Source: a virus (lineage: Duplodnaviria > Caudoviricetes). From it: a stretch of 54,654 nucleotides of DNA. The notes under the pieces were generated by a model. The model was not told where the DNA came from and did no database searches. It was given only the letters and a program-made list of their open reading frames with translations. The stretch is taken from the IMG/VR virus record IMGVR_UViG_3300044515_000008, positions 1-54,654 of that record; one strand, written 5' to 3'. Shown here in pieces: positions 1-9,674 of this stretch. The position numbers and the translations under genes are program-made. The number at the start of each line of letters is the position of its first letter. Position 1 is the stretch's first letter.

Positions 1-164
1 GTCGTCTAGTGGATCACCCATGATCTTCGCGGCGGGGTACCCCCCCTACGTATCCGCCTGCCCGGTGGTGGCGTGATCGTTCGCGTCGAGCCGTGTGCAC
101 AGTGGACGGTGGCTATGCCCGCATTGCCTATGGGCTATGCCATTGGAGGCAAGGCGGCATCGGA

Positions 165-470
165 CTAAATGAATCTACGATTGTTCCATCCGTAGTTACA
201 CTTGGTGCACTCAACCTGGTAGTTGCTAGCCATGCTGCGACCGCCATGACGTAGCGGGGTGGCGTGGCCTAGCGTCTTCGTCTCGCCGCGTGTGAACTCG
301 TGTCCGCATGTTGCACAGTGTGTGGCTTGTGGAATCATGCGTGCTCTAATCCGTCTATGTTCTGTGCCGTAGCCCCGGGCAGTAGTGCCCCCCCGTTGGC
401 ACCCCGCACGGTGGCAGCGTGTGCCTACGTTGGTGAGTCTGTTGCATATGAGACATGGTCGCGTGGGCAT
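165..470 (-). CDS. HNH endonuclease (packaging-associated)
   Basis: RGYGxxHRR, CATC...GH...PLRHGG...SNYQVECTKCN motifs; immediately upstream of terS across the genome end. Confidence 0.85.
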   Translation of the reverse strand: MPTRPCLICNRLTNVGTRCHRAGCQRGGTTARGYGTEHRRIRARMIPQATHCATCGHEFTRGETKTLGHATPLRHGGRSMASNYQVECTKCNYGWNNRRFI

Positions 471-556
471 GGCATCCCTGTATCCTCGTGCTCAATACTT
501 CGATCACTCATGTATCCACTGTGTACTCATGCACCTATGCCCCGTGTACATAAGGA

Positions 557-587
557 AAGGCCAGGCATGTTAACCATGCCTGGCCTT
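557..587 (-). terminator. Intrinsic terminator-like hairpin
   Basis: 13-bp perfect stem AAGGCCAGGCATG/CATGCCTGGCCTT followed by a T-rich run on the minus strand. Confidence 0.6.
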
Positions 588-706
588 GTTCCCGTTGGGC
601 TAACGATCTCTCCCCCGAGAGTGACGATCTCCCGCTGCTGGCCGTCCATTGTGTCCGGTGTCGCCACTGCGATATGGGCACACGTCCGGCAAGCAACGTC
701 ACCGTA

Positions 707-1363
707 TCACGGGATAGGTGAGCAGCCTAAGGCGCGCGCGAGTGATTCCAATTCGGACGGTGGCCACACACGTTGGCACGCAAGGCATGTGCACCCGGTG
801 GTCGCGTCGAGGGTGAGCGCGGCGCGTTGGACCAGCTCACCGGTGGTGTCGGGCCGGAGCACGACGGCCGTCGAGCAGGCGGGGCAGCGTGCCGCGATAC
901 TCAATCGGCGTGGCGGGTTGAGTAGTTCACGGATGGCGTTCACGATGGATTGCACACCAATGACTAGTGCGCTCATGTCTGTAACTTGGCTATATACAGC
1001 GGCTTGTGCGGGCAGCATGCGGAGACTGTCCACAAGGGTGTGACCTGGTGTCCGCCATGATTGATCAATCTCGGTGTAGAGGTCCCATGCTGCTATGCAT
1101 AGTGTCGGCTTGCTACCGAACGCCGATGATCCACCGGCCCCCTTCTCTATGCCGTTGCCGGTGGCCTCTATCAATTGGTCGAGCAGTGGCGCACCTATGT
1201 GGATGCCGAGATACCCGCCGTCGTCGTCGCGTTGGGTCATGCTGCCCGGTGAGATCAGCACCGCTACCGCGCTCACGAGATCATCACGCAATTCGTGCAT
1301 GATGCGTGTCTCAATGGTGTTCATACGCCGTTGATACCGAGCATATCGAGTAGCGTTGCGCAA
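707..1363 (-). CDS. Phage protein with C-terminal Zn ribbon (possible transcription regulator)
   Basis: CPAC...CLAC..W motif; typical position near the end of actinophage early regions; start uncertain. Confidence 0.6.
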   Translation of the reverse strand: MRNATRYARYQRRMNTIETRIMHELRDDLVSAVAVLISPGSMTQRDDDGGYLGIHIGAPLLDQLIEATGNGIEKGAGGSSAFGSKPTLCIAAWDLYTEIDQSWRTPGHTLVDSLRMLPAQAAVYSQVTDMSALVIGVQSIVNAIRELLNPPRRLSIAARCPACSTAVVLRPDTTGELVQRAALTLDATTGCTCLACQRVWPPSELESLARALGCSPIP

Positions 1364-1420
1364 TCGGCTTTGTCGGTGGCCATTCGCTCGACCAATCGCA
1401 CCGCTTTAGATATGCCAACG

Positions 1421-1915
1421 TCAATCACCGGGAATGGCTTCAACGCTGTTCGGTTCGCTAGCTCGTAATCGAAATGTCCGCTCATTAGTGATCAGAACCG
1501 TTCGTGCCGGTGGATTCAATAGGTATTCGGCGCCGCGTGCGAAGATCGCCGGATCATCGCGGTACAGCCCGAGAATGTCATTACACGTGCGGCACAGCAG
1601 GCCGCGTACCTCGTTCGTTTCGTGGTTGTGGTCAACCGACAATCGTCGTGTCTTTCCACTTCGACCACTTCGCGGCCCGCATATCGCACATACGCCGTTC
1701 TGCGCCGCGTAGATCTTCCAATAGTCGCCAGGCTCTAGCGCGTACACGGCTTGTACGCGCTTCTCATGCGCGGCGGCCCGTCGAGCGTGGATAACCGCCC
1801 GGTGATGAGTGGCGCACCGGGGGCCGGGGTGCGGAACCGGCCGTTTGGCGGTGATCCCGGATGTGAGGCAGTCCTTGCAAGCCGGTTGTGCCGCCTGAGT
1901 TGTCCGTGGGGGCAT
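1421..1915 (-). CDS. Endonuclease VII (Holliday junction resolvase)
   Basis: QNGVCAIC...LSVDHNHETNEVRGLLCRTCNDILG signature. Confidence 0.9.
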   Translation of the reverse strand: MPPRTTQAAQPACKDCLTSGITAKRPVPHPGPRCATHHRAVIHARRAAAHEKRVQAVYALEPGDYWKIYAAQNGVCAICGPRSGRSGKTRRLSVDHNHETNEVRGLLCRTCNDILGLYRDDPAIFARGAEYLLNPPARTVLITNERTFRLRASEPNSVEAIPGD

Positions 1916-1975
1916 TTTGGCGCCTTCCGAGGGTGGTTATACCGGGGAGGCACGAAAAGCGGCTTAGATTCAAGA

Positions 1976-2440
1976 TCAAAATGGTGGCGGTCCTGCCTCG
2001 ATGGCGACCACTCGGCCGCCGAGCAGGTCGGACACCGAAAACAACGCTTCCGATTCCGCCGCCGACGGTGGCGTGTCGCCTTGTGCGATCACTTCCCGCG
2101 TTGCCTTATCGATCATGTCTGTGATGAATGCCGCTTTGGATGCTTCAATGTCGGCAATGTCGGGGGATTGATTGCATCGATGCGTGGCGACCACTGCTGG
2201 TCGCCCGTACTTCTCATCGGTATTGATACGGCCCACGTTGCGATGACACGCGTAACCGGAATAGATTCCGTAGCTGAGTTTGCCGCCCAGTCGCGCGTTG
2301 ATTTCACCCATGATCGTGAGCGGCAATGGTTCAATCTTGTAAACGAGTCCTTCGTCTATGCCCGATAGGACTAGGCGTCCACAGGCAGGGCAGGGCCGAC
2401 CGCGCGGCCGTCGGGAGATCAGGTGAACGGCGCCCATCAA
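1976..2440 (-). CDS. Hypothetical protein with N-terminal CxxC
   Basis: ORF in operon orientation, CPACG motif. Confidence 0.6.
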   Translation of the reverse strand: MMGAVHLISRRPRGRPCPACGRLVLSGIDEGLVYKIEPLPLTIMGEINARLGGKLSYGIYSGYACHRNVGRINTDEKYGRPAVVATHRCNQSPDIADIEASKAAFITDMIDKATREVIAQGDTPPSAAESEALFSVSDLLGGRVVAIEAGPPPF

Positions 2441-2489
2441 AGATCAACTTCTCTCGGGGTCGGCGGGGGTCCGGTGTCGCATGGGGTCG

Positions 2490-2720
2490 GGTTTTTATAT
2501 AAGCGCCATCACACATATATGTATGTGTCTGTGTATATGAGTTAACAAATATAAATCAGGCACCAGACACCATTAGGCTCTCGGGGTGCCCGATGGTGAC
2601 CGGTTTTTGGTGTTGCGAAAAGTTCATTCACTAGGCTTTCTGCAACACCAAAAATCGGGCACCATCGGTCACCCGGGTCGGGTGCTCGATTGTGGCTTTC
2701 GGGACCCCGGACCGGACACC
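2490..2720. other. Putative replication origin
   Basis: AT-rich tract at ~2490-2560 plus a 33-bp imperfect inverted repeat (2584-2616 / 2642-2674) directly downstream of the primase-helicase. Confidence 0.5.
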
Positions 2721-2727
2721 ATCGCGG

Positions 2728-5295
2728 TCAGTCGAAGCCGTGGTCGCCGTAGCGGTCCGGCCGTGGTGTCTCTTCGGTTTCGCCCGCCGGGCCGTCTTCG
2801 ATGACTAGTCGGTCGTAAAATCGGTACCCGTGGGACCGGCTTTGGGTGAGTCCGAACTTGCCAAGCATGGTCATTCCGAACCGCTTCGGATTGACGGGTA
2901 ATTCACCCTCACCTCTACACCATTTCTCGTATGCGGTGCGGGCAACCGCCGTTGCTACTTTCACGGCGTCCGTTGTGGACACGCGGCATCGCTCGTCGAA
3001 CCATCGCGCTACCGAGTCTTGCGAGTACGCGTATCCGACGGTTGCTGCCTTGACGGAATTCGGTTCCTGCAATCCGCCGGTGAAGTAGTTCACCGCGCCA
3101 CTGATGATCCATGCGAGGATTGCTGGTCCGTGATCACGGATGAACGTCTCTTGTAGACCAATGATGCGCCTCTCTTCGGGCACGATGTTTGAGAATCCGA
3201 TGATGCGTAGGCGTGCCCAAAACGCGGGTCCGCCGCTGGCGACGGTTGGTTGATCGTTGCCGACTAGCCATAGTTTGTGCGTGGGATCGAACGTGAAGTG
3301 ATCTTGCCTAATGAATCGTGCGGTGATCCTGTCGCCGCCGGTGAGGTGTTTTACCTTCGCTTCGTCGAAACGATCATCGATGTTCACTTCCGAGCAGAGG
3401 ACCATTCGGCACCCGGCTAGCCGCGCAATCTCTGTTTCGTGGCCGGGGAACTGTTTCACCATGAGAAAATCGTTGGGCGCGGTTGTCGCGTAGTCGCCCA
3501 ATATGCTCACGATGGATTCCAGGAATACACCCTTACCGTTGCGGCCGAGTCCGTAGGCGAACGGCAATGCGTGTTCGCCTACTATGCCGCTTGCCGAGTA
3601 TCCGGCTAGCCGTTGCAGGTAGGGAATCGTTTCCTCGTGTCCTGCGAACGTTTCGGCAATGAAGTTTCGCCACGGTGCGGGGTCCGCGTTGTAGTCGGGT
3701 GCGCAACTCGTCATCTTGGTATGCAGGTGGCTAGGGTCATGTGGGTGCACGTGGCCGGTTTTCAGGTCAACCATTCCTGCCGGGGTGTTCAGTTCATAGG
3801 GCCGGTTGTCCAGCTCGTCGACGGTCACAATCACGCGGGGGTCAGTGGACGCCTGCATAAGGATGGCGGTTGTCCCGCTTGCCGACAGTGAATAGTGCTT
3901 GTGTGCTATCGACTTTTTGTCGCCGTCGGTCAGTCCGCGTGCGACCATCTTTGCCGCTTCGCGTGCCGGTCCGCCTAGCGAGCTTGCCGCCCATTCCCAT
4001 TTAGTGCCGTGCCAACACAACCACCGTCCTTTTTCGGGGCAGTAACGAATGATGTGCCCGTATGTCTCAATGAGCAATTCGGCGTTGCCGTCATCGCTTG
4101 CCGCGTGCGTTGTGACCGTAGGTTCGTCCACAGTGGCCGTTGGCGGTGCGGCGGCCGTTGGTGTGGCGGTCACCGGCTGGTCGAGCCAACGCGCGTCTAG
4201 CGGTGTCGGCGGGCCGTCCACACCGCCCACGGTGCGCAACTCTGGCCGTAGCGGCGACCCGTAGCCCAGTGCGCGGAGCGCCGAGGCAGCACGTGCGAAG
4301 TCCCCCCCGTGGTTCAGAAACGCGTACGTGCGCCATTTTGAGAGCTGTTCGTTGTCGGGTAGGCCGGTCGAGGTTGACCACACGCATAGGTAGTCGCCGA
4401 TGTCGCCGCCGGTCACGGCCGATGTGCCGTCATGCTTGCCGGGTCGCCGCCAGAACGTTCGAACGCCGATCGTGCGTAGCCGGGTCCAGCCGTGCGTGTC
4501 GAGCACGTCGGCCCAGGTGGCGCGCGCGTTGTAATCCTCGCCGGGCATGACGTCACCGGGCCGCATGGTCGCCGGTCGTTCTAGGTCTGTGTCCGGGACG
4601 GGTGGCGGTAGCGGGACGGTGTCGAGGGTGCGCGCTATCGCGTGGATGAGGTCGCGCTCGTCGGCGGTGATCGTGGCGACGGTGGTTGGTGAGCCATTGA
4701 GGACTGTCCACGGTTCCCCGCTGGGGTGGACGGTGCCGTGCGACGGTGCGATGACGACGAAGCCGTGTTCCCCGCGTGTTTCCACGAGGGTGCGGCGCGC
4801 ACGGATGCCTTTGTCTGCCAGCGTCGCGGTCTCTTCGGGTGTTAGTTCGTCGTCGAGCGCTAGCCGCTGGCAGAGTTTGGTGTTGCCGCCGACGGGGCCG
4901 GTTGCTATGCGGTAGTAGAAGTGGAGGCCACCCGAGGGTGAGGTTTCGAGGTATCCGGCGGTGATGCGTGTCAGTAGGTCGGAGTGTCCTGCTGCTGCCA
5001 TTGCGTGGAAGAATCCGACGTGTACACGCTCGACGATTGCGCGGCCCTCGAATTCGAGCATTTCGAGGTTGCCCGATACGGCGCCGGTGACAACCCCTAT
5101 GCCCGGATGATCTTCGCTAAACCATTCCGCTAGTTGTTCGTCGGTGGCGGCCGTTGTCTGATAGGGTTTCCACTTGTAAGCCGTTGCGGCCCCCACTTCG
5201 GGGGATTTAGTGCCGTCGGCTTTCACCCGGATTATGCTCAATCCGGACGCTCGGAGCTCTAAAGCCACGTCGAGCATAGTTCCCATATGATCCAC
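2728..5295 (-). CDS. Bifunctional primase/polymerase fused to D5/P4-type SF3 helicase
   Basis: N-terminal prim-pol motifs (GIGVVTG, TSPSGGLHFYY, ETRGEHGFVVIAPS); Walker A GLGRNGKG; KHLTGGDRITAR. Confidence 0.92.
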   Translation of the reverse strand: MDHMGTMLDVALELRASGLSIIRVKADGTKSPEVGAATAYKWKPYQTTAATDEQLAEWFSEDHPGIGVVTGAVSGNLEMLEFEGRAIVERVHVGFFHAMAAAGHSDLLTRITAGYLETSPSGGLHFYYRIATGPVGGNTKLCQRLALDDELTPEETATLADKGIRARRTLVETRGEHGFVVIAPSHGTVHPSGEPWTVLNGSPTTVATITADERDLIHAIARTLDTVPLPPPVPDTDLERPATMRPGDVMPGEDYNARATWADVLDTHGWTRLRTIGVRTFWRRPGKHDGTSAVTGGDIGDYLCVWSTSTGLPDNEQLSKWRTYAFLNHGGDFARAASALRALGYGSPLRPELRTVGGVDGPPTPLDARWLDQPVTATPTAAAPPTATVDEPTVTTHAASDDGNAELLIETYGHIIRYCPEKGRWLCWHGTKWEWAASSLGGPAREAAKMVARGLTDGDKKSIAHKHYSLSASGTTAILMQASTDPRVIVTVDELDNRPYELNTPAGMVDLKTGHVHPHDPSHLHTKMTSCAPDYNADPAPWRNFIAETFAGHEETIPYLQRLAGYSASGIVGEHALPFAYGLGRNGKGVFLESIVSILGDYATTAPNDFLMVKQFPGHETEIARLAGCRMVLCSEVNIDDRFDEAKVKHLTGGDRITARFIRQDHFTFDPTHKLWLVGNDQPTVASGGPAFWARLRIIGFSNIVPEERRIIGLQETFIRDHGPAILAWIISGAVNYFTGGLQEPNSVKAATVGYAYSQDSVARWFDERCRVSTTDAVKVATAVARTAYEKWCRGEGELPVNPKRFGMTMLGKFGLTQSRSHGYRFYDRLVIEDGPAGETEETPRPDRYGDHGFD

Positions 5296-5306
5296 CCAAC
5301 GGGTTT

Positions 5307-5350
5307 AATCCCCCGGCAAACTCTCTGCGATAAGAGCTTGCCGGGGGATT
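5307..5350. terminator. Hairpin between SSB and primase genes
   Basis: AATCCCCCGGCAA...TTGCCGGGGGATT inverted repeat. Confidence 0.45.
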
Positions 5351-5359
5351 GCTGTTTGT

Positions 5360-6094
5360 TTACGGGGTTGGGTTTTCCACTCGCGCTAGCAATGCCTGCA
5401 CTTCGGGTGAGTCGGCAGGGTTGCTAGTTGCTGCTGCCATCCCGGGCTGCCCTTGCGGGAATGTCATGGTCGGGTGCGGTGCGGGAATGTCGTAAACGGC
5501 GCGTGCCGCCGCGAGCTGCTCGGCTGCCCCTACGGTGGGCGCCACCGTCGCCGGTACGGCCATAGCGGGAAGTGCGGCCGGTGCGGCAGGGGCCGTCTGG
5601 ACGGGCGGGGCAGGCATCGGGGCCGGTGCCGCTGGCGCCGGTGCGCCTTGCATGATCATGCCGGACGCTGGGGGAACGTACACGGCCGTGTAAAGCTTCT
5701 TTGGTGAACCGGCGCCGGTTTCCTCTTCGCCGATGAATTGAATGCCGAGTACCGCACCGACAAGGATATCGGTTGCGCCGGATGCGCGAACGGCGACGGC
5801 TAGCGCGCGCTGGGTTTCACTCGACGCCCGGATGTAGACGCCACGAATACCGTCGTCGTAGGCAATGAGCGGGTCACGCACGATTGTTTGCAGGTCAATG
5901 CGGACCTGGTAAATGGGCTGCGTCTTGAGATCATCCCAGTATTCGAGGTCGCCGAGCTTGCCGTCAGTGCGGAATTTCCGCGACTGCTGCTTGTCGTGAA
6001 TGGCAACAATAGTGCCTTGAACGAAGTCACCAATGGTGGCGAACTTAGCCGAGGCAACCCCGCTTCCCAGAATTAGGTCGCGTGCGTCTGACAT
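5360..6094 (-). CDS. Probable single-stranded DNA-binding protein (actinophage type)
   Basis: AKF..IGD.V.G.I...WDD...Q..IDLQT..RDP...DDG.R.VY pattern, Pro/Ala-rich tail, position in replication module. Confidence 0.55.
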   Translation of the reverse strand: MSDARDLILGSGVASAKFATIGDFVQGTIVAIHDKQQSRKFRTDGKLGDLEYWDDLKTQPIYQVRIDLQTIVRDPLIAYDDGIRGVYIRASSETQRALAVAVRASGATDILVGAVLGIQFIGEEETGAGSPKKLYTAVYVPPASGMIMQGAPAPAAPAPMPAPPVQTAPAAPAALPAMAVPATVAPTVGAAEQLAAARAVYDIPAPHPTMTFPQGQPGMAAATSNPADSPEVQALLARVENPTP

Positions 6095-6112
6095 TAGTGC
6101 CTTTCGATTGGG

Positions 6113-6430
6113 TCACGAGCCGACCGCCTGTGAGGTTCCGTCCCAACGGAATTCGCCGACCGGCCGGTGCATAGAGCAGCCAACGCAATACGTTGACCCG
6201 TAAAAGTGGGGATCACGCGCGTAGGTTTCGGAAATGGCTAGGGACATAGTGGTGACGGCGCCACACACCGTGTGTACATAAGACATCCGGAGTGGACGGA
6301 CATACTCCTTTGCGCGTTCCCCCTCGGAGAGCACTAGGTACACGTCCGCTTGCGGCGCCGGTTCGTCGTCATGCCCGCGCGTGAGTCGCGGATCTAACGG
6401 GTTGTCGGTGTGGTGCTCATGATCAGTCAT
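6113..6430 (-). CDS. Conserved phage hypothetical protein (Cys/His, possible Zn binding)
   Basis: YLVLSE.ERAK..VRP...YVH..CG...ETYARDP.FYG.TYC..C motif. Confidence 0.7.
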   Translation of the reverse strand: MTDHEHHTDNPLDPRLTRGHDDEPAPQADVYLVLSEGERAKEYVRPLRMSYVHTVCGAVTTMSLAISETYARDPHFYGSTYCVGCSMHRPVGEFRWDGTSQAVGS

Positions 6431-6810
6431 GGAATCTCAACCTCGATGATCTTGGCGTTGGGCATCATTTCGCGAAGCTCCGCGAGCGGGTCACGGCCGA
6501 CGTACGCGCCGGACGGGAGAGCGGTCACCGTGTGCCGTTCGCCGTACTGTGTGGCGACCACTGCAAGCCATGCGGTCACTTCGGCTTCACTGGCAAAGTC
6601 GTCGGGTACGTCGACGTCGTCAAGCCACGGGTGTTGCCGGAGTAGTTCCGGCGCAACCACTTCGCACGCGCGTTTGAGCTGATGAGTGAAGTGGATTCCG
6701 CCGGTGACGAAGTCCACCACGTTGTGGACGCCACCCATTCGGTCGGGGGATACGAGTATCCCGGTGTACACGGACACCAGGTCACCAAGATGGAATGAGC
6801 GGCCGGTCAC
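6427..6810 (-). CDS. Hypothetical protein
   Basis: 4-bp overlaps with both neighbours; FHLGDLVSV.TG.L..HQL.RA pattern. Confidence 0.7.
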   Translation of the reverse strand: MTGRSFHLGDLVSVYTGILVSPDRMGGVHNVVDFVTGGIHFTHQLKRACEVVAPELLRQHPWLDDVDVPDDFASEAEVTAWLAVVATQYGERHTVTALPSGAYVGRDPLAELREMMPNAKIIEVEIP

Positions 6811-7100
6811 GGTTCCCTTTCTGCGTTGCGGGCTTCTGTACGGCGTTCGCGTTCAAGTTTCAGCTTTTTTGCCGCACTGTTGCGGATCGATCGAACCGCG
6901 TGCAATGAGAATGAATCCTTGCGCTTAAGCGGTTTCCCGTCGGCGGCCCACCCCGCGTGGTTCATAGCGTCGGCCCAACCGTCGAGATAGCCCACTTCGT
7001 ACGAAACGGCAGACAGTCCCGGTTGGTCTAGCGTGACGTCTGCGATGGCCTGATATCCGGCATAAAGTTCATCGAAGGCGGCCGTCTTGGCTCGTTTCAT
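6807..7100 (-). CDS. Hypothetical protein
   Basis: ATGA overlap start at 7100; C-terminus shared with 7331-7504. Confidence 0.6.
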   Translation of the reverse strand: MKRAKTAAFDELYAGYQAIADVTLDQPGLSAVSYEVGYLDGWADAMNHAGWAADGKPLKRKDSFSLHAVRSIRNSAAKKLKLERERRTEARNAEREP

Positions 7101-7321
7101 AGGTTGTGTGCGCACGGTGGACAGACGCCACCGGCCCGGACTCGTTCGGATAGAGCAAGTGCATTGCGAGCGTCGTTTAGATCTTTTGACAAGCGCGACA
7201 CCGTGTTATTATTCTCCTCATATTCTTTAGCTATGTCGTCAATCAACAGTCCCGCGCGCACGTCAGCATTGAATAGTTTGCGCCTAAGCTTCTTAATCTT
7301 CTTATGATCGTGCTTGCACAT
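7097..7321 (-). CDS. Hypothetical coiled-coil protein
   Basis: Operon-coupled ORF; C-terminus shared with 7501-7869. Confidence 0.55.
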   Translation of the reverse strand: MCKHDHKKIKKLRRKLFNADVRAGLLIDDIAKEYEENNNTVSRLSKDLNDARNALALSERVRAGGVCPPCAHNL

Positions 7322-7330
7322 TGCGGCCGG

Positions 7331-7504
7331 TCACGGTTCCCTTTCTGCGTTGCGGGCTTCTGTACGTCCCTCACGGCGTTCGCGCCGGTTGGTGCGGTGC
7401 TTTGCCCGGCTGGTCGCCCCCGCGCGGCTGGCCCAGCAGTACAGCCGCCGCCAGCGGGTGTGTACGTCTTGCTCTTCGCCGGTGATGATGCGTCGGGGCT
7501 TCAT
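7331..7504 (-). CDS. Small basic hypothetical protein
   Basis: ATGA overlap start; EQDVHTRWRRLY..RRERR. Confidence 0.55.
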   Translation of the reverse strand: MKPRRIITGEEQDVHTRWRRLYCWASRAGATSRAKHRTNRRERREGRTEARNAEREP

Positions 7505-7869
7505 AGGTCGTGTGCGCATAGTGGACAGACGCCACCGGTTCGGACGCGTTCGGCTTCTGCGTGCTTGACGTTGACGTTGCCGTCAAAGAAGTCACCGTGC
7601 AGTCTGGTCACTTCGTCCGGGTCGACACCGGCCCGTAGGCCGATTGTGGTTAGTTCGGCGAACGCGTCGATCATCGCGTGACGTCCTGCGTTTAGATCCG
7701 TGCCCCAACCTTTAAGTACGCCTTCGTCCATCGCTTCGGCGCACCGTCGACAGTCCTTAACGAACTCGTCTTCGGTCTGCCACGCGTGCAAGCACTCGCC
7801 GCACACTTTGTACGTGTCGGGTGTGATCGGTTCGCGTTCGCCGTGGTACGCGCAATAGTCAGTCCCCAT
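7501..7869 (-). CDS. Hypothetical Cys-rich protein
   Basis: Start at MGTDYC overlapping the upstream stop; CGEC.H motif. Confidence 0.55.
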   Translation of the reverse strand: MGTDYCAYHGEREPITPDTYKVCGECLHAWQTEDEFVKDCRRCAEAMDEGVLKGWGTDLNAGRHAMIDAFAELTTIGLRAGVDPDEVTRLHGDFFDGNVNVKHAEAERVRTGGVCPLCAHDL

Positions 7870-8038
7870 CGTCGCCGTCCACAATGCGAATGAAGTTGTC
7901 CGCATTCCTGAACCCGCACCGCGCGTAGTCGTTGCCGCCGTCGACGAAGATCTCACCACACGCGCATTCCACGAAGTCGTGTCGGTACTTGGATTCAATG
8001 ACTGTCCCGCACAGTGCGCATTTCGCTTTGTTCGTCAT
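7859..8038 (-). CDS. Small Zn-finger phage protein (DUF7695-like), missing from ORF track
   Basis: Manual translation MTNKAKCALCGTVIESKYRHDFVECACGEIFVDGGNDY...; TAATG coupling to the upstream gene. Confidence 0.8.
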   Translation of the reverse strand: MTNKAKCALCGTVIESKYRHDFVECACGEIFVDGGNDYARCGFRNADNFIRIVDGDDGD

Positions 8039-8358
8039 TATTTCCAGGATTCCGGGACGGTGTCGGGCGTCTTGTCCATCATCATTGAACCGGCCAGCGC
8101 GACGATGTTCGACACGATGACGGTAGGTACCTGGTCGCCGTAGCGTTCAATGAGTCCACCGATCAATCCGGACACGAGCAGCATTGCGCGGCTTACGGTG
8201 CTCGTCTCGTCGGCCGCGAAGTTGATCCGAACCTCGGTTGTCATGCATGCGGCTAGGTCGCTAATGGACTGGGCGACAATGTCGGAGTCGGTGTGTTCGC
8301 GCACTTCGTCGAGCATCGCGTACGCGTGGTCAAAGTCGTAAAGCTCTTTGTCGTTCAC
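8038..8358 (-). CDS. Hypothetical protein
   Basis: Translationally coupled ORF. Confidence 0.65.
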   Translation of the reverse strand: MNDKELYDFDHAYAMLDEVREHTDSDIVAQSISDLAACMTTEVRINFAADETSTVSRAMLLVSGLIGGLIERYGDQVPTVIVSNIVALAGSMMMDKTPDTVPESWK

Positions 8359-8726
8359 AGTTCCTCCGCGCGGTAGAGTTTGCCGTCTTCGTCTTGAATA
8401 ATGATCCCGGTCTTTGCCTCCCCGACTAGCTCGTACATGCTCGACGGGCCGGGTCCGCGTAGTGGTGTCTTTGTGTTGGCACTACTGCCGTTTGCCTTGT
8501 CCTTGGCCAGTTGTTCGGCTTCCGTTTCCGGCCGGTAGCGCCATAGGTTGCCGGACACAATGGACTGGACGTTGAGCCCGTAGCGTGTGCGTAGGTTGTT
8601 CATACCAATTTGCACCTGGCTCTTGGTCAGCTCGGTTGCCTCCATTAGTTCGGTCACCGTGATATTCACGTTCGCGTGACCGTTGAGATAGCCGAGGATT
8701 TTGTCTGTCGTGCGTGCCGATCCCAT
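8355..8726 (-). CDS. Probable winged-helix DNA-binding protein
   Basis: ILGYL...ITVTELMEATELTKSQVQIGMNNLR HTH-like pattern. Confidence 0.55.
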   Translation of the reverse strand: MGSARTTDKILGYLNGHANVNITVTELMEATELTKSQVQIGMNNLRTRYGLNVQSIVSGNLWRYRPETEAEQLAKDKANGSSANTKTPLRGPGPSSMYELVGEAKTGIIIQDEDGKLYRAEEL

Positions 8727-8727
8727 A

Positions 8728-9207
8728 TTACTTCGCCCCCTGTACGTGAATGCTCGCTACGCGGCCGTTCTCGTCGTAGTTGATCGTGACGCCTTCGAGC
8801 CCGTAAACCCTGTGGTGTACAGGGTTCCCGTTCAAGTCGATAGTGATCAAGCCCGTGTCATGATCACGCGAGAGCAACACGGGACAGTGGACGCCGTTGT
8901 GCGCGGTGAAGTTGCTGGCAGCCCCGGCCGGTCGAGGCTCGACGGGTCCCATTGGTGCCAACAAGTTGCGGTATTGGTCATAGGTATAGGCGGACACAAT
9001 GGACTTGCGGAACACGTGCCCGTACACGTCATAGTCCATCTTGGACGCGACGGTGATTCCGCATCGCACGAGCGCGGCGCGCAACCGCTCGTATCCGGAG
9101 TCCTCGACGAAGCCCACTTCGGAACCCTTGCCGTCTATCAGGATGAACCCGCGTCGCGGTGTGCCTACGGACGAATTGGGGCCGGTGATCAAACGCGCGC
9201 GGATCAT
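8728..9207 (-). CDS. Hypothetical protein
   Basis: ATGA-coupled start (MIRARL) within the 8728-9534 ORF. Confidence 0.55.
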   Translation of the reverse strand: MIRARLITGPNSSVGTPRRGFILIDGKGSEVGFVEDSGYERLRAALVRCGITVASKMDYDVYGHVFRKSIVSAYTYDQYRNLLAPMGPVEPRPAGAASNFTAHNGVHCPVLLSRDHDTGLITIDLNGNPVHHRVYGLEGVTINYDENGRVASIHVQGAK

Positions 9208-9674
9208 GTGACGGTCTGCGGTAGCAGGGATACGAAATTGCAGTCGAGTCCGTCGGTGCCGGAATACTGCCATTGGCGCACGCACGTGATATTGAGCGTG
9301 TCGCCGGGCCGGATGCCGGATGCTCGGGTGTCGGTCACGCCGTACTGTTGGGTGTGGCCGACGAACGTCACCACGAATTTCTGATCTGTGGAGTGGTCGC
9401 CAGCGACTAGCCGTGAGTCCACTGTGGCCACTACGCCACCGGTTGGCGTCCACTCGTGGTACTGCCATTCCCACGGGTACATACCCCACGCGGTGGCCGC
9501 GAGGATTATGGCGACGACGACACCGAACACCCACGGGACAACGCGCAACGCGTCGGCATCACCGTCGTCGGTGTCGTAGATGATCACCACCCGCGCGAGT
9601 GCCGCCGCGCCTACGCACACCGCGAGTAGGACGGGAATGCAGATCATCGTTGCGATGGTGCCGCCGGTGATCAC
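9204..9674 (-). CDS. Membrane protein
   Basis: Two hydrophobic segments followed by a beta-rich domain; coupled overlaps. Confidence 0.7.
   Translation of the reverse strand: MITGGTIATMICIPVLLAVCVGAAALARVVIIYDTDDGDADALRVVPWVFGVVVAIILAATAWGMYPWEWQYHEWTPTGGVVATVDSRLVAGDHSTDQKFVVTFVGHTQQYGVTDTRASGIRPGDTLNITCVRQWQYSGTDGLDCNFVSLLPQTVT

Noticed and set aside
480-492. 13-bp match GTATCCTCGTGCT to the minus strand at 31975-31987
   Set aside because: Unselected 13-mers recur by chance in a 55-kb GC-rich genome; no further context is shared
300-1043. Plus-strand 247-aa ORF and many similar plus-strand ORFs in the early and late operons
   Set aside because: They overlap well-supported, translationally coupled minus-strand genes and show no recognisable motifs
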